Assembly: GCA_009787025.1 (NCBI GenBank)
Contig: WRGT01000070.1
Span: 1-58,066, forward strand
Direction: 5' to 3'
Origin: Spirochaetota bacterium
GTDB taxonomy: Bacteria; Spirochaetota; UBA4802; UBA5550
Length of the DNA: 58,066 nt
Under the pieces are notes generated by a model. That model was given only the letters and a program-made list of their open reading frames with translations, did no database searches and was not told the DNA's origin. Positions 26,667 to 36,403 of this stretch are shown one piece after another (position 1 is the stretch's first letter; each line of letters opens with the position of its first letter). The position numbers were made by a program, and so were the translations under genes.

Positions 26667-27917
26667 ATGATGGTTTATGATAAAGAGATTGATAATATCT
26701 GTTTAAGTATTGATAATTTTTTGATAAATAAACTTGATGAATCTCCATTGGATGAAAATCTTTTTCCTCCTCAATATCAGGCTTTGGTAGCAAGAATTAA
26801 TCGTTTACAACTGATTTTTCAGCAGCTAAATAATTTTGCAAAAGCTTTATCTCAGGGGAATTTAGAAGCAAATTATCCTGATCGCAGAAATTATTTAGCT
26901 GCAGGTTTAAAACAACTTCATGCTCAATTGAGACATTTAACATGGCAGACACAGTGTGTTGCAAATGGCGACTATCATCAAATTGTTGATTTCATGGGAG
27001 ATTTCTCCGGGGCTTTTAATAAAATGGTCATGCAGCTCAAAGAGAGAGAGATAGTAATGGCGGCTCAGAGAGATGCAATGAAAATTGTTTTTGATAATAT
27101 TGAGCCGCTGTTAATTGTTGATGACGAAGATCACTATCTTGCTTTGTACTTTAATCATAAGGCAAATGTGCGTTTCCAAATAGTAGATAATGATCTTCAT
27201 AAAGCTACTGAGCGAACTCCATTTTTAGAGAAGGTACTGCATGTTGGACTTGGGTCAATTGAATTATTTGACGAGGATTCTCAGCATTGGTACACAGTCG
27301 TTACTTCTAATCTGCCGTGGATAGGCGGCAAGAAATCTATACTGATATACTGCACTGATATTACTGTATATAAGCAGCGCGAAAATGATATGAGTTTTGT
27401 TGCTAATACAGACAAATTAACAGGTATATTTAACAGACGAGCTTTTGATAATGCGCTTGAGAGAGTGTTTGAGCAGAGTCAGCATAATAGCGAGCCTTTA
27501 TCTCTGTTATTGATAGATATAGACCACTTTAAAGAGATTAATGATCAATATGGTCATCTCCATGGAGATAAGGTCTTGGTTGTACTGGCAAAAACATTGT
27601 TATCTTCCATATCGCGTCCAAATGATATGGTTACTCGCTATGGAGGCGAAGAGTTTGCCGTGCTCCTTCCATCTACAAATAAATTCGGCGCGCTCACTTT
27701 GGCTGAATCTATGAGGATTTCAGTTCAGAAATTATCTATCCCTCATGACCAGGAACCTGTTGATAATACTAAAATCACAATATCAATAGGCGTAACTACT
27801 TGTATCCCGTTAAAGATAGACACCCCGGTAAGTTTAATAAATATTGCCGACAAGGCTTTGTACCAAGCAAAGCAGAAGGGGAGAAATATGGTAATACATT
27901 TCCCTTTTAATGAGTAG
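26667..27917 (+). CDS. cytoplasmic diguanylate cyclase (HAMP-like/PAS-like N-terminal region plus GGDEF domain)
   Basis: GGEEF active site with an upstream RxxD I-site (RPNDMVTRYGGEEFAVLLP). Also DHFKEINDQYGHLHGD and ADKALYQAKQKGRN. ATG 26667 lies 1 nt after the V4R stop codon. Confidence 0.85.
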   Translation: MMVYDKEIDNICLSIDNFLINKLDESPLDENLFPPQYQALVARINRLQLIFQQLNNFAKALSQGNLEANYPDRRNYLAAGLKQLHAQLRHLTWQTQCVANGDYHQIVDFMGDFSGAFNKMVMQLKEREIVMAAQRDAMKIVFDNIEPLLIVDDEDHYLALYFNHKANVRFQIVDNDLHKATERTPFLEKVLHVGLGSIELFDEDSQHWYTVVTSNLPWIGGKKSILIYCTDITVYKQRENDMSFVANTDKLTGIFNRRAFDNALERVFEQSQHNSEPLSLLLIDIDHFKEINDQYGHLHGDKVLVVLAKTLLSSISRPNDMVTRYGGEEFAVLLPSTNKFGALTLAESMRISVQKLSIPHDQEPVDNTKITISIGVTTCIPLKIDTPVSLINIADKALYQAKQKGRNMVIHFPFNE

Positions 27918-28003
27918 TGAACATTATTGCATATAAGTTAATTTTATACTCTAAAAAATATTATAGATAATACTCTTAAAAGCAATCGAAGAGAGAGTGG
28001 TAT

Positions 28004-28957
28004 ATGTTCGTTGGAATTGATATAGGCGGAACAAACATTAAGAGTGTATTAGCTGATGAGAGCGGTAAAATATTACATACCTGCGATGCCGTTACTGCAA
28101 AAACACCAAAGTTAATAAATGAAGAGATAGTGTCATTAATCGATAAACTCACATTGGATGCCTGTGTAGATAAAGGTGAGATCGAAGCTGTCGGAATCGG
28201 AGCTGCCGGTTCAATTGACAGAAAAAGAGGAGTTGTTATTTCAAGTCCAAATATATCCTGCTGGAAAAGTTATCCGCTTGTTGCAAGATTAGAAAAAATT
28301 CTAAGCATTAAGGTATTTCTTGAAAATGATGCAACAGTTGCATGCGCAGGATTTTGGTTTAAAGATAGAAAAAAAAATTATAAAACATTTGTTATGGTCA
28401 CATTAGGAACCGGTATAGGCGGCGGAGCGGTTATTGACGGCAGATTATTTACAGGACAAAACGGCAGTTCGCTTGAGATTGGACATATGACAGTAGATGT
28501 TAACGGCAAAGAATGTAATTGCGGGAATAGGGGATGTCTTGAAAAATATGCGTCGGCTACGGCTTTGGTAGATTATGCAAAGGCTCATTTAAAAGAATAT
28601 AAAGACTCATCCCTGTTTAAGAGGATAAAGCATGACAGACTTACGGCAAAGATGATCTATGAAGAGGCTTTACAAAAGGACGAACTGGCAATAAAATCAT
28701 TTGAATATATATCATTTTATCTTGGAGCCGGAATAGCGAATATAATTAATATATTCAATCCCGAAGCTGTAATAATAGGCGGCGGACTATCTAATGCTCA
28801 TAAACTTATTATCCCGGCAGTGAAAAAGATTGTAAGCGATAGAGCTATGAAAGGTATGAAAGAGAGTGTAAAGATTTTTGCAGTTAAAAATCAATCGGTC
28901 ATTCCTGCCCTCGGAGCTGCAAAGATTGCCATGGACAGATTAAGCGGTATTGATTAA
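28004..28957 (+). CDS. ROK-family sugar kinase (glucokinase-like)
   Basis: Has GIDIGGTNIK, ENDATVA, LGTGIGGG and the zinc motif GHMTVD..CNCGNRGCLEKYAS. Confidence 0.85.
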   Translation: MFVGIDIGGTNIKSVLADESGKILHTCDAVTAKTPKLINEEIVSLIDKLTLDACVDKGEIEAVGIGAAGSIDRKRGVVISSPNISCWKSYPLVARLEKILSIKVFLENDATVACAGFWFKDRKKNYKTFVMVTLGTGIGGGAVIDGRLFTGQNGSSLEIGHMTVDVNGKECNCGNRGCLEKYASATALVDYAKAHLKEYKDSSLFKRIKHDRLTAKMIYEEALQKDELAIKSFEYISFYLGAGIANIINIFNPEAVIIGGGLSNAHKLIIPAVKKIVSDRAMKGMKESVKIFAVKNQSVIPALGAAKIAMDRLSGID

Positions 28958-29139
28958 GAGTTATTTTTAGAATAGATTAAAACATTTTCCTTGACTTTTA
29001 TATATCCTCCAAACTTATTGAAATCTGCAAACTTATTGAAAAGTTAGTACAAGAACTTGTTATAAAGTATAGTAAAGTTGTTACCTAACAACTGTTATCT
29101 TGAGAGAATACACATTATAAAAATTTCAGGTATTTTTTT

Positions 29140-30171
29140 ATGGAAGAAAAACTTAATAAAATAAAACAGGATGCCATAGAGCGTATAAACTCTTCAAAGT
29201 TACTTGATGAGATTGAAGAAATCAGGGTAAATATACTTGGAAGAAAAGGCTTGCTTACCCAAATATTAAGATCGCTTGGAGAGTTAGCTCCTGAGTTGAG
29301 AAATACTATAGGTAAAAAATCTAATGAAATAAAAAAGATCATTGAAGACGCCATTGATTCGAAAAAGAGCGAATTGGCAAAATCAGGATTTAGTGAAATA
29401 GCCTCAAATGAATGGATAGACGTTACATTAAATCCGGAAACGTCTATCAGGGAGATTAAATCGGGTTTCTTGCATCCGATTTCAAAGACACAGTATGAAA
29501 TTGAAGATATTCTTACATCAATGGGTTTTCAGATACTTGATGGTCCTGAACCTGAAACCGAATACTATAACTTTGAGGCTCTCAATATACCTAAATTTCA
29601 TCCTGCAAGGGATCTGCAGGATACATTCTGGACCGAGGATGGAAATCTCATGAGGACGCATACCTCGGCAATACAGATCCGCGGAATGGAGAAGATGACT
29701 CCGCCTTTTAGGATTATGGCGCCGGGACGTGTTTTTAGATACGAAGCAACAGATGCCTCACATGAACATACATTCTATCAGGTTGAAGGTATGATGGTGG
29801 ACAAGGACATTTCCGTATCTCATCTGATTTATGTTATGGAACAGGTTCTTAAAGGTATATTTAAAAGAGAGATAAAGGTGCGCCTTCGTCCGGCTTATTA
29901 TCCGTTTGTTGAACCGGGATTTGATCTTGATTTCAACTGTATGATATGCGAAGGGAAGGGATGCCGCGTATGTAAACATACAGGGTGGATAGAATTTCTC
30001 GGATGCGGACTTGTACATCCGAATGTGCTGCGCGCAGGGAATATAGATCCGGAGATATGGTCGGGTTTTGCATTCGGGATGGGACTAAACAGACTGATAA
30101 TGATGCAGAACGGCATAAATGATATCCGCCATTTTATGAGCGGAGATATTAGATTTATTCATCAATTCTAA
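29140..30171 (+). CDS. pheS: phenylalanyl-tRNA synthetase alpha subunit
   Basis: 343 aa. Has HPARDLQDTFW, FRYEATDASHEHTFYQVEG and GFAFGMGLNRLIM class II motifs. Confidence 0.95.
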   Translation: MEEKLNKIKQDAIERINSSKLLDEIEEIRVNILGRKGLLTQILRSLGELAPELRNTIGKKSNEIKKIIEDAIDSKKSELAKSGFSEIASNEWIDVTLNPETSIREIKSGFLHPISKTQYEIEDILTSMGFQILDGPEPETEYYNFEALNIPKFHPARDLQDTFWTEDGNLMRTHTSAIQIRGMEKMTPPFRIMAPGRVFRYEATDASHEHTFYQVEGMMVDKDISVSHLIYVMEQVLKGIFKREIKVRLRPAYYPFVEPGFDLDFNCMICEGKGCRVCKHTGWIEFLGCGLVHPNVLRAGNIDPEIWSGFAFGMGLNRLIMMQNGINDIRHFMSGDIRFIHQF

Positions 30172-30189
30172 TGGAATGAGGTAGCTTTA

Positions 30190-32583
30190 ATGTGGATTTC
30201 GCTTAAAATAATCGGCAAGATGGCAGACATATCGGGAATATCGCCTGAAACAATCGCTAACAGACTTACAATGTCTACGGCAGAGATTGAAGAGATAGAG
30301 TATATAAAAGATTATTTTAAAACAATATATACTGCAAAACTTATAAGCGTTGAGCCTCATCCGAATGCAGATAAATTAACCCTCTGCACTGTTGATACGG
30401 GAAGTGAAAAAGTTCAGGTTGTATGCGGAGCGACTAATCATAAAGCCGGAGATATTGTTGCCTTAGCTCTGCCGGGTACAAAGTTCAATGATGAATTTAC
30501 AGTTAAAAAGACAAAGATCCGCAGTATTGAATCTAACGGTATGCTCTGCTCGGAAAGAGAGCTTGGAATATCCGATAATCATGATGGGATACTTGTATTT
30601 CGTGATAACATAAATATTGGTAAGCCCTTAAGCGATATATTCGGCGATTGGATAGATACGAGATTACTGATTGATAATAAATCCATTACGCACAGACCTG
30701 ATCTTTGGGGGCATGAAGGATTTGCCCGCGAGATAGCGGGTCTCTTTGGAAGAGAATTTAAGCGGCCTGTTGACAGATCTATAGTTGCAAATCTTGTGAA
30801 CAAGGATAATCTAAAAGTCTCAATAAAAAATATAGAAGCATCGCCAAGGTACAGCGCCCTTGTAATGAAAAATATTAAGATCAGCCAATCTCCGGACTGG
30901 CTTAAATCTGCGGTTACAGCGCTTGGGATGAGACCTATTAATAGTATAGTTGATATAACAAATTATGTAATGGCAGAGATCGGCGAACCGTTACATGCGT
31001 TTGACAGAAAAAAACTCAAGGGTGATGAGATTATTGTACGCTTTGCATCAAAAGATGAAAAAATAGTCACACTTGACGGCAGGAGTCATGATCTGACAAC
31101 AGAGGATATTGTAATAGCAGATACTTCTGGCGCAATAGCCCTTGCAGGCGTCATGGGCGGAGGGAACAGTGAAATAGATGAAAATACGTCTGAGATCGTT
31201 CTTGAGGCTGCAACGTTTAACCCTGTCTATATACGTAAAACAGCGCAGAGATTTGATGCAAGGACAGAAGCTGCAATGAGATTTGAGAAATCACTCTCGC
31301 CTGAATTGACTGTTGATGCGCTTGCGAGGTGTTATGAATTAATAAAAAAGATCATTCCCGATGCTGAGGCTGTATCTGGAATAGTTGATGATTATCCTGT
31401 TCCTGTAAAAGAAGCTGAAATAGAGGTAACGCCCGAATATATAAGAAAAAGGATTGGGCATAATATAAGCGACAGCGATATGATTAAGACGCTTACGGCT
31501 CTTCACTATGAAGTTAAGTTCGATAATGTGAAATTCAATATAACAGCTCCTCATTTCAGATCAACAAAAGATATATCAATGAAGGACGATATTGTTGAAG
31601 AGGTTGGAAGGGTATTTGGTTATAATAATATAATGCCGGCGCCGCCGCTTGTAACATGCGAACCGCCGTTAAAGAATCAGTTTAGATTTTTTGAAAGAGA
31701 TGTTAAGAATATATTGGCTGACTCATTCGGTATGACAGAGGTTATGGCTTATTCTTTTACAAGCGAGGAGACCTTAAATACACTAAAGATAAATGAGAAT
31801 AAAGAATTGAGACTGCGCAATCCGCTCTCTGCCGAAATAGACAGATTAAGAAGAAGTTTAATACCCGGAATGATGCAGTTTATTAATTACAATCAAAAAT
31901 TTTCGGATAATTTTGATATATTTGAAGTCGGAAGAGTTTACTTAAAGGATGATCGTACGTCTAAAGAACTGGCTAAAGAAAATTTTAGAACTGCCGGTAT
32001 TGTATTTATCAGAAAACCTGCTGCTCCTGTTTTCTTTGAAGCAAAGGCTATTGCTGCCGGACTGTTAGAGAAACTAAGAATTAAAGACTATAAATTGATT
32101 CCCGAAACGGATTCTATTCCACCATACGCTCACCCCGGAAGATCAATGAAGGTAGAGGTTGACGGAAAGACCTGCGGTTTTATTTTTGAAATTCATCCTG
32201 AGACAGCTGACGCGTTTGAGTTTGCCGGCAAAGCCGCTGTATTCGATCTTGATATGGATCTTCTTTTTAATGCCGAAAAGAGGCCTGTGAAATTTAAAGA
32301 GCTTCAAAAATATCCTGCAACGCCGTTTGAAATTTCGGTATTAGCCGATAAAAAAACTTACAGCGAAGAGATACTTAAAATAGCTAAAAATACAGACCAA
32401 AAAATTGTAGAGGCAAAGGTAATATCAGTATATGAAGGTTCGCCTCTTCCTGTTGACAAAAAATCCGTATCAATGAAAGCAGTGTTTGCCTCAAGCGAGA
32501 AGACCCTTGAACCGGCAGAGATTGATGAGCTTCAAAAAAAGATCATTGCAAGCCTTAATAAAAACGGATATACGCTTAGATAA
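30190..32583 (+). CDS. pheT: phenylalanyl-tRNA synthetase beta subunit
   Basis: 797 aa. Contains a tRNA-binding OB domain (HPNADKLTLCTVDTG), B3/4 and B5 domains and a FDX-ACB C-terminus. Immediately downstream of pheS. Confidence 0.95.
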   Translation: MWISLKIIGKMADISGISPETIANRLTMSTAEIEEIEYIKDYFKTIYTAKLISVEPHPNADKLTLCTVDTGSEKVQVVCGATNHKAGDIVALALPGTKFNDEFTVKKTKIRSIESNGMLCSERELGISDNHDGILVFRDNINIGKPLSDIFGDWIDTRLLIDNKSITHRPDLWGHEGFAREIAGLFGREFKRPVDRSIVANLVNKDNLKVSIKNIEASPRYSALVMKNIKISQSPDWLKSAVTALGMRPINSIVDITNYVMAEIGEPLHAFDRKKLKGDEIIVRFASKDEKIVTLDGRSHDLTTEDIVIADTSGAIALAGVMGGGNSEIDENTSEIVLEAATFNPVYIRKTAQRFDARTEAAMRFEKSLSPELTVDALARCYELIKKIIPDAEAVSGIVDDYPVPVKEAEIEVTPEYIRKRIGHNISDSDMIKTLTALHYEVKFDNVKFNITAPHFRSTKDISMKDDIVEEVGRVFGYNNIMPAPPLVTCEPPLKNQFRFFERDVKNILADSFGMTEVMAYSFTSEETLNTLKINENKELRLRNPLSAEIDRLRRSLIPGMMQFINYNQKFSDNFDIFEVGRVYLKDDRTSKELAKENFRTAGIVFIRKPAAPVFFEAKAIAAGLLEKLRIKDYKLIPETDSIPPYAHPGRSMKVEVDGKTCGFIFEIHPETADAFEFAGKAAVFDLDMDLLFNAEKRPVKFKELQKYPATPFEISVLADKKTYSEEILKIAKNTDQKIVEAKVISVYEGSPLPVDKKSVSMKAVFASSEKTLEPAEIDELQKKIIASLNKNGYTLR

Positions 32584-32612
32584 AAGTCCGTTCGGCAGAC
32601 CGGTTATTAGAA

Positions 32613-33863
32613 ATGAAAATAAAAATATCGTCTCTCGGATGCAGACTCAATCAGTCGGAAATAGAGAGTATATCTACAACATTGCAGGATATGGGACATG
32701 AAATAGTTCAAGGAAACTATGCAGATATATATATTATAAATTCCTGCTGTGTAACTGCGCGGAGTGAAAGAAAAACCAGACAATTGATCTATCAATCCCT
32801 TACCAGGATAGACGATCCGAATAAGGCAAGGGTGATTGTAACAGGGTGCGCCGCCGACTTAATTGAAGATGATCCGCGTATTATATATTTATCCAATGAT
32901 CATAAATATATGATACCGCATATTATTGACCATGGAATTCCCGATAGATCTGAAATGTCTCCAGCCAGATTCAAATATGACGTCCCTTTGAAATGCTCGA
33001 CAAACAGGGTAAACCTTAAAATTCAGGACGGATGTAATCATCTTTGTTCATACTGCCGGATTCCTCTGACAAGGGGCAAATCCGTTTCTAAATCCTTTAA
33101 TTCCGTTATTGATGAATTTAAAATGCTGCTGGGTAATGATTTTAAAGAGATAATTCTTACAGGCGTGAATATCGGCGATTATAATGACAGAGGCTACGGA
33201 CTTGCCGATCTTGTCGGAGAGATTTTAAAACTGAGGGGTGAGTTTAGGTTACATCTTACATCGCTTGATCCAAACAGTACATCGGAGAGATTGCTTGATC
33301 TTTTTAAAGAGGATAAAATGGTAAAACACCTTCACCTCTCGCTGCAGAGCGGAAGTGATAAAATACTTAAAAGAATGAACAGACCTTATAATTGCAAAGA
33401 CTATGTTTCGGTTGTAGAGCATCTTAAATCAATTGACAGTGACTTTAATTTTACTACCGATATAATAGTAGGATTTCCCGGTGAGACTGATAATGAATTT
33501 AATGAGACTCTTTCTATGATAAAAGATGTGGGATTTTCCCATGTGCATACTTTTCGTTTTTCACCAAGACCCGGTACTAAAGCAGCACGGATGGACGGCA
33601 TTGTGCCTGAGATTGCAAAGACAGAGAGAAGCAGAGAGATAATAAAAATATATAATGAACAGAAAGTTGACTATTACAGAAAGTTTTCGGAGCGGCATGG
33701 AATATTTCTTAGTGAAAAATCCCACAGAGGCGTTACAACCGGATTTAACGAACATTATATACCTGTAGAGATCAATGAAAAGCTGCCCAAAAATCATTTT
33801 TTTAAAATGGAATTTGTTTATAATGAAAATAAAAGTGTTTTAAACGGGAATTTGTTATATTAA
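32613..33863 (+). CDS. mtaB: radical-SAM methylthiotransferase, MtaB-like (MiaB family)
   Basis: 416 aa. Has an N-terminal UPF0004 Cys triad (GCRLN..INSCCVT..TGC), the radical-SAM motif CNHLCSYCRIP and a C-terminal TRAM-like end. The MtaB-versus-MiaB call rests on size only. Confidence 0.7.
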   Translation: MKIKISSLGCRLNQSEIESISTTLQDMGHEIVQGNYADIYIINSCCVTARSERKTRQLIYQSLTRIDDPNKARVIVTGCAADLIEDDPRIIYLSNDHKYMIPHIIDHGIPDRSEMSPARFKYDVPLKCSTNRVNLKIQDGCNHLCSYCRIPLTRGKSVSKSFNSVIDEFKMLLGNDFKEIILTGVNIGDYNDRGYGLADLVGEILKLRGEFRLHLTSLDPNSTSERLLDLFKEDKMVKHLHLSLQSGSDKILKRMNRPYNCKDYVSVVEHLKSIDSDFNFTTDIIVGFPGETDNEFNETLSMIKDVGFSHVHTFRFSPRPGTKAARMDGIVPEIAKTERSREIIKIYNEQKVDYYRKFSERHGIFLSEKSHRGVTTGFNEHYIPVEINEKLPKNHFFKMEFVYNENKSVLNGNLLY

Positions 33864-33909
33864 ATGAAATTTTATTTAATATAATTTGACATAGACAATA
33901 GGCGCGCAG

Positions 33910-35247
33910 ATGAAAATAATTAGAATAACAGGATTTTTGATTTTAATCTTCTTTATGATTCAGAGCAGTTCGTTTTCAATGGATACTATTGATGGTGAAG
34001 ATTTGGATATTAATTACAGCCGTGAATTTCTTATTGCTGTTCGAGATATTTTTATTGAAGAGAATGGCGATCTCCCGATAAAAAAGATAAAGGTTGAAGG
34101 GATAAGCAAAACAAATAGAGACATTATTTTAAAAGAAGCCGGAGTTATAGAAGGAGATAATCTCGCAGCATTTGATCCGCACAGATTTGTAAACAGGTTA
34201 AAGAAAAAGAATCTCTTCTCTGAGATAAAAATCTATTATACTAAGGAGGATGATTCTGTTATAATAAATATATCGCTTAAGGAAAAAATGACTCTCATTC
34301 CATTGCCGATATTTTACAGCAATGGAGATAAAACCATGTATGGAGTTTATATAGTGGAGTCGAATTTCTTAGGCTATGGTAAAATTTTCGTGGGCGGAGT
34401 TGCATTCTCGGCAGATGATAAAAGCATAACCATTGGATATATGGATCCGTCTATTTGTGAGACAAGACTTGCCGCAAATATATTTTGTTTATACAAAGAT
34501 ATGGTTGTGGAAAATTGTACTATGGATAAATTTATATTCAATGAATATAAAGTAAAGCAGAAGATATTTACGGCAGATATTGGCTGGTCATTCACTGACG
34601 AGATAAAGGGATTTGTCTCCGGCGGATATATTAAGTGCGATGTAGATAAAGGTTATAAGGATTCATTAAATCCGCCTCAATCCGAAAATTTTTACAGATA
34701 TGGGATTTATTTAAACTATAATTCTCTTGAATATTACGAATATCTGTTCTTTGGTCTCAAATCTATAGTTAGATTCTATACATATACCTCAAGCAAGGAG
34801 AAAAAGGATAATAAGAATAATACTTATAGAGTAGCAAACTATGAGATTGATTATTCGCATAAACTTTTTAGTTATCACAAGATTACCCTATTCTCATCAG
34901 GTTCAAATGGTAATAGACCAACTTTGATTGAAGATAGACTTGGCGGTAAGAATGGTTCAAGGACTCTGACGGCGGGTATTATACCGTCTGATAATTATAT
35001 TAATTACAGTATAATTTATGAATATCCATTAGCTAAGTTTAAATATGGAGCTATTGCCATGCTGCTGTTATGGGAGCAGGGAATTTATAGTAATGACGAT
35101 TCAAAGAGTAATAAATATTATGGTCCGGGCGCAGGTCTTCTCTTCTATTGGAAACAGATAGCATTCCCGGCTGTTGGTTTTAATTATGCAGTGAATTTAA
35201 AGACAGATGAAAATGAGCTCAGCGCTAATGTGAATTATAGATTTTAG
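33910..35247 (+). CDS. Omp85/BamA-family outer-membrane protein, short form (one POTRA-like segment plus beta-barrel)
   Basis: Signal peptide, a POTRA-like block (IKKIKVEGISKTNRDIILKEAGVIEGDNL) and a beta-strand-rich C-terminal part ending ..LSANVNYRF. Confidence 0.6.
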   Translation: MKIIRITGFLILIFFMIQSSSFSMDTIDGEDLDINYSREFLIAVRDIFIEENGDLPIKKIKVEGISKTNRDIILKEAGVIEGDNLAAFDPHRFVNRLKKKNLFSEIKIYYTKEDDSVIINISLKEKMTLIPLPIFYSNGDKTMYGVYIVESNFLGYGKIFVGGVAFSADDKSITIGYMDPSICETRLAANIFCLYKDMVVENCTMDKFIFNEYKVKQKIFTADIGWSFTDEIKGFVSGGYIKCDVDKGYKDSLNPPQSENFYRYGIYLNYNSLEYYEYLFFGLKSIVRFYTYTSSKEKKDNKNNTYRVANYEIDYSHKLFSYHKITLFSSGSNGNRPTLIEDRLGGKNGSRTLTAGIIPSDNYINYSIIYEYPLAKFKYGAIAMLLLWEQGIYSNDDSKSNKYYGPGAGLLFYWKQIAFPAVGFNYAVNLKTDENELSANVNYRF

Positions 35248-35390
35248 CGCAAGCGGTGAATAAAAAATTTTGTTTTATTTTTATTCTGTTAGTAAGCTGT
35301 TTTGTTTATCAATAAACATAAATCCCAAGCAGGTAAATATTTTATAAAACTATTCACCTGAATGGGATATATTCTTGGAAAATATAATTG

Positions 35391-36251
35391 TTATTCAACA
35401 GAAAATGAGGGGATATTTTCTTCACTCAGCATATTCTTTAATTTTTTCATCTCCTTAGCGTCTTGTAATCCCTCAATCCGGACTTTATAATAATTTCCAT
35501 CCTGAACTATTTTAACAGGGCGGTCTGTCATAGTCTCAATTGTAGATTTTAAGTTTTCAGCGTTTTTCCTTGAGACGAAAGCTCCTGCCTGAAGTTTTAA
35601 TCCGTCGCTATAGTCAGATTGGTATTCGTTTCTGGTATTTTTGTATATATATGCGTCTGATACCGGTTCAACATATTGCTTATCAGAATTGTTGGTTGAG
35701 CCGGCGCTGTTATTCCCAAGCTTTAATACCTTAATTCCAACATTTGCTTCGCCGGATTTAACCATATCTATTTCTTTTGCGCCGGCTAATGAGAGGTCAA
35801 TGATTCTGCTCCCTCTGTATGGTCCTCTGTCGTTGATTTTAAGGCGTACAGTTTTTCCATTTTCAAAATTTTTTACTTCGACTATAGTTCCAAAAGGGAG
35901 AGTTTTGTGAGCGGCAGTTAATTCGTTCATATTGAATTTTTCACCGGAAGCTGTTGTTTTCCCATGAAACTCTCTGCCATACCATGACGCCAATCCTTTT
36001 TGATAATATTTTTCTTTGTTTTCATATTCATTATCATCATTATAAGCGTCGAAATCTGATTTAACATTTTTATTATTTTTGTTCATTGCCGGAATTTCAT
36101 CATCATCAAAGGCGTCAAACTCTTCGTTTTGAAAACTTCCTTTATAATCGTTTCCTTTCGTTTGAGCTTTCCCTGGCGTACACCCCAAAAAAAGCATAAT
36201 AATTACCATAAAAGTGAAAGATATTGACATACTTTTAAGCGTCTTGCTCAT
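35391..36251 (-). CDS. rlpA: septal ring lytic transglycosylase RlpA (DPBB domain plus C-terminal SPOR domain)
   Basis: Lipoprotein signal (..MLFLGC). DPBB block GLASWYGREFHGKTTASGEKFN..LTAAHKTLPFGT.V.V.N..NGKTV.L.INDRGPY. SPOR-like tail LQAGAFVSRKNAENL..YKVRI. Confidence 0.9.
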   Translation of the reverse strand: MSKTLKSMSISFTFMVIIMLFLGCTPGKAQTKGNDYKGSFQNEEFDAFDDDEIPAMNKNNKNVKSDFDAYNDDNEYENKEKYYQKGLASWYGREFHGKTTASGEKFNMNELTAAHKTLPFGTIVEVKNFENGKTVRLKINDRGPYRGSRIIDLSLAGAKEIDMVKSGEANVGIKVLKLGNNSAGSTNNSDKQYVEPVSDAYIYKNTRNEYQSDYSDGLKLQAGAFVSRKNAENLKSTIETMTDRPVKIVQDGNYYKVRIEGLQDAKEMKKLKNMLSEENIPSFSVE

Positions 36252-36403
36252 TTTACTACCTCCGAATATATAAGCACCTATTTTTTTATCGGAATTGTAT
36301 TTTCTATCCTTAATTATAATTTAACTTTATGTCACAAAAATTCTTGACCTCTTTTATATATGCTATAGTGAGAGTAAGAAGTTAATTTAAACTAAAATGA
36401 AGA

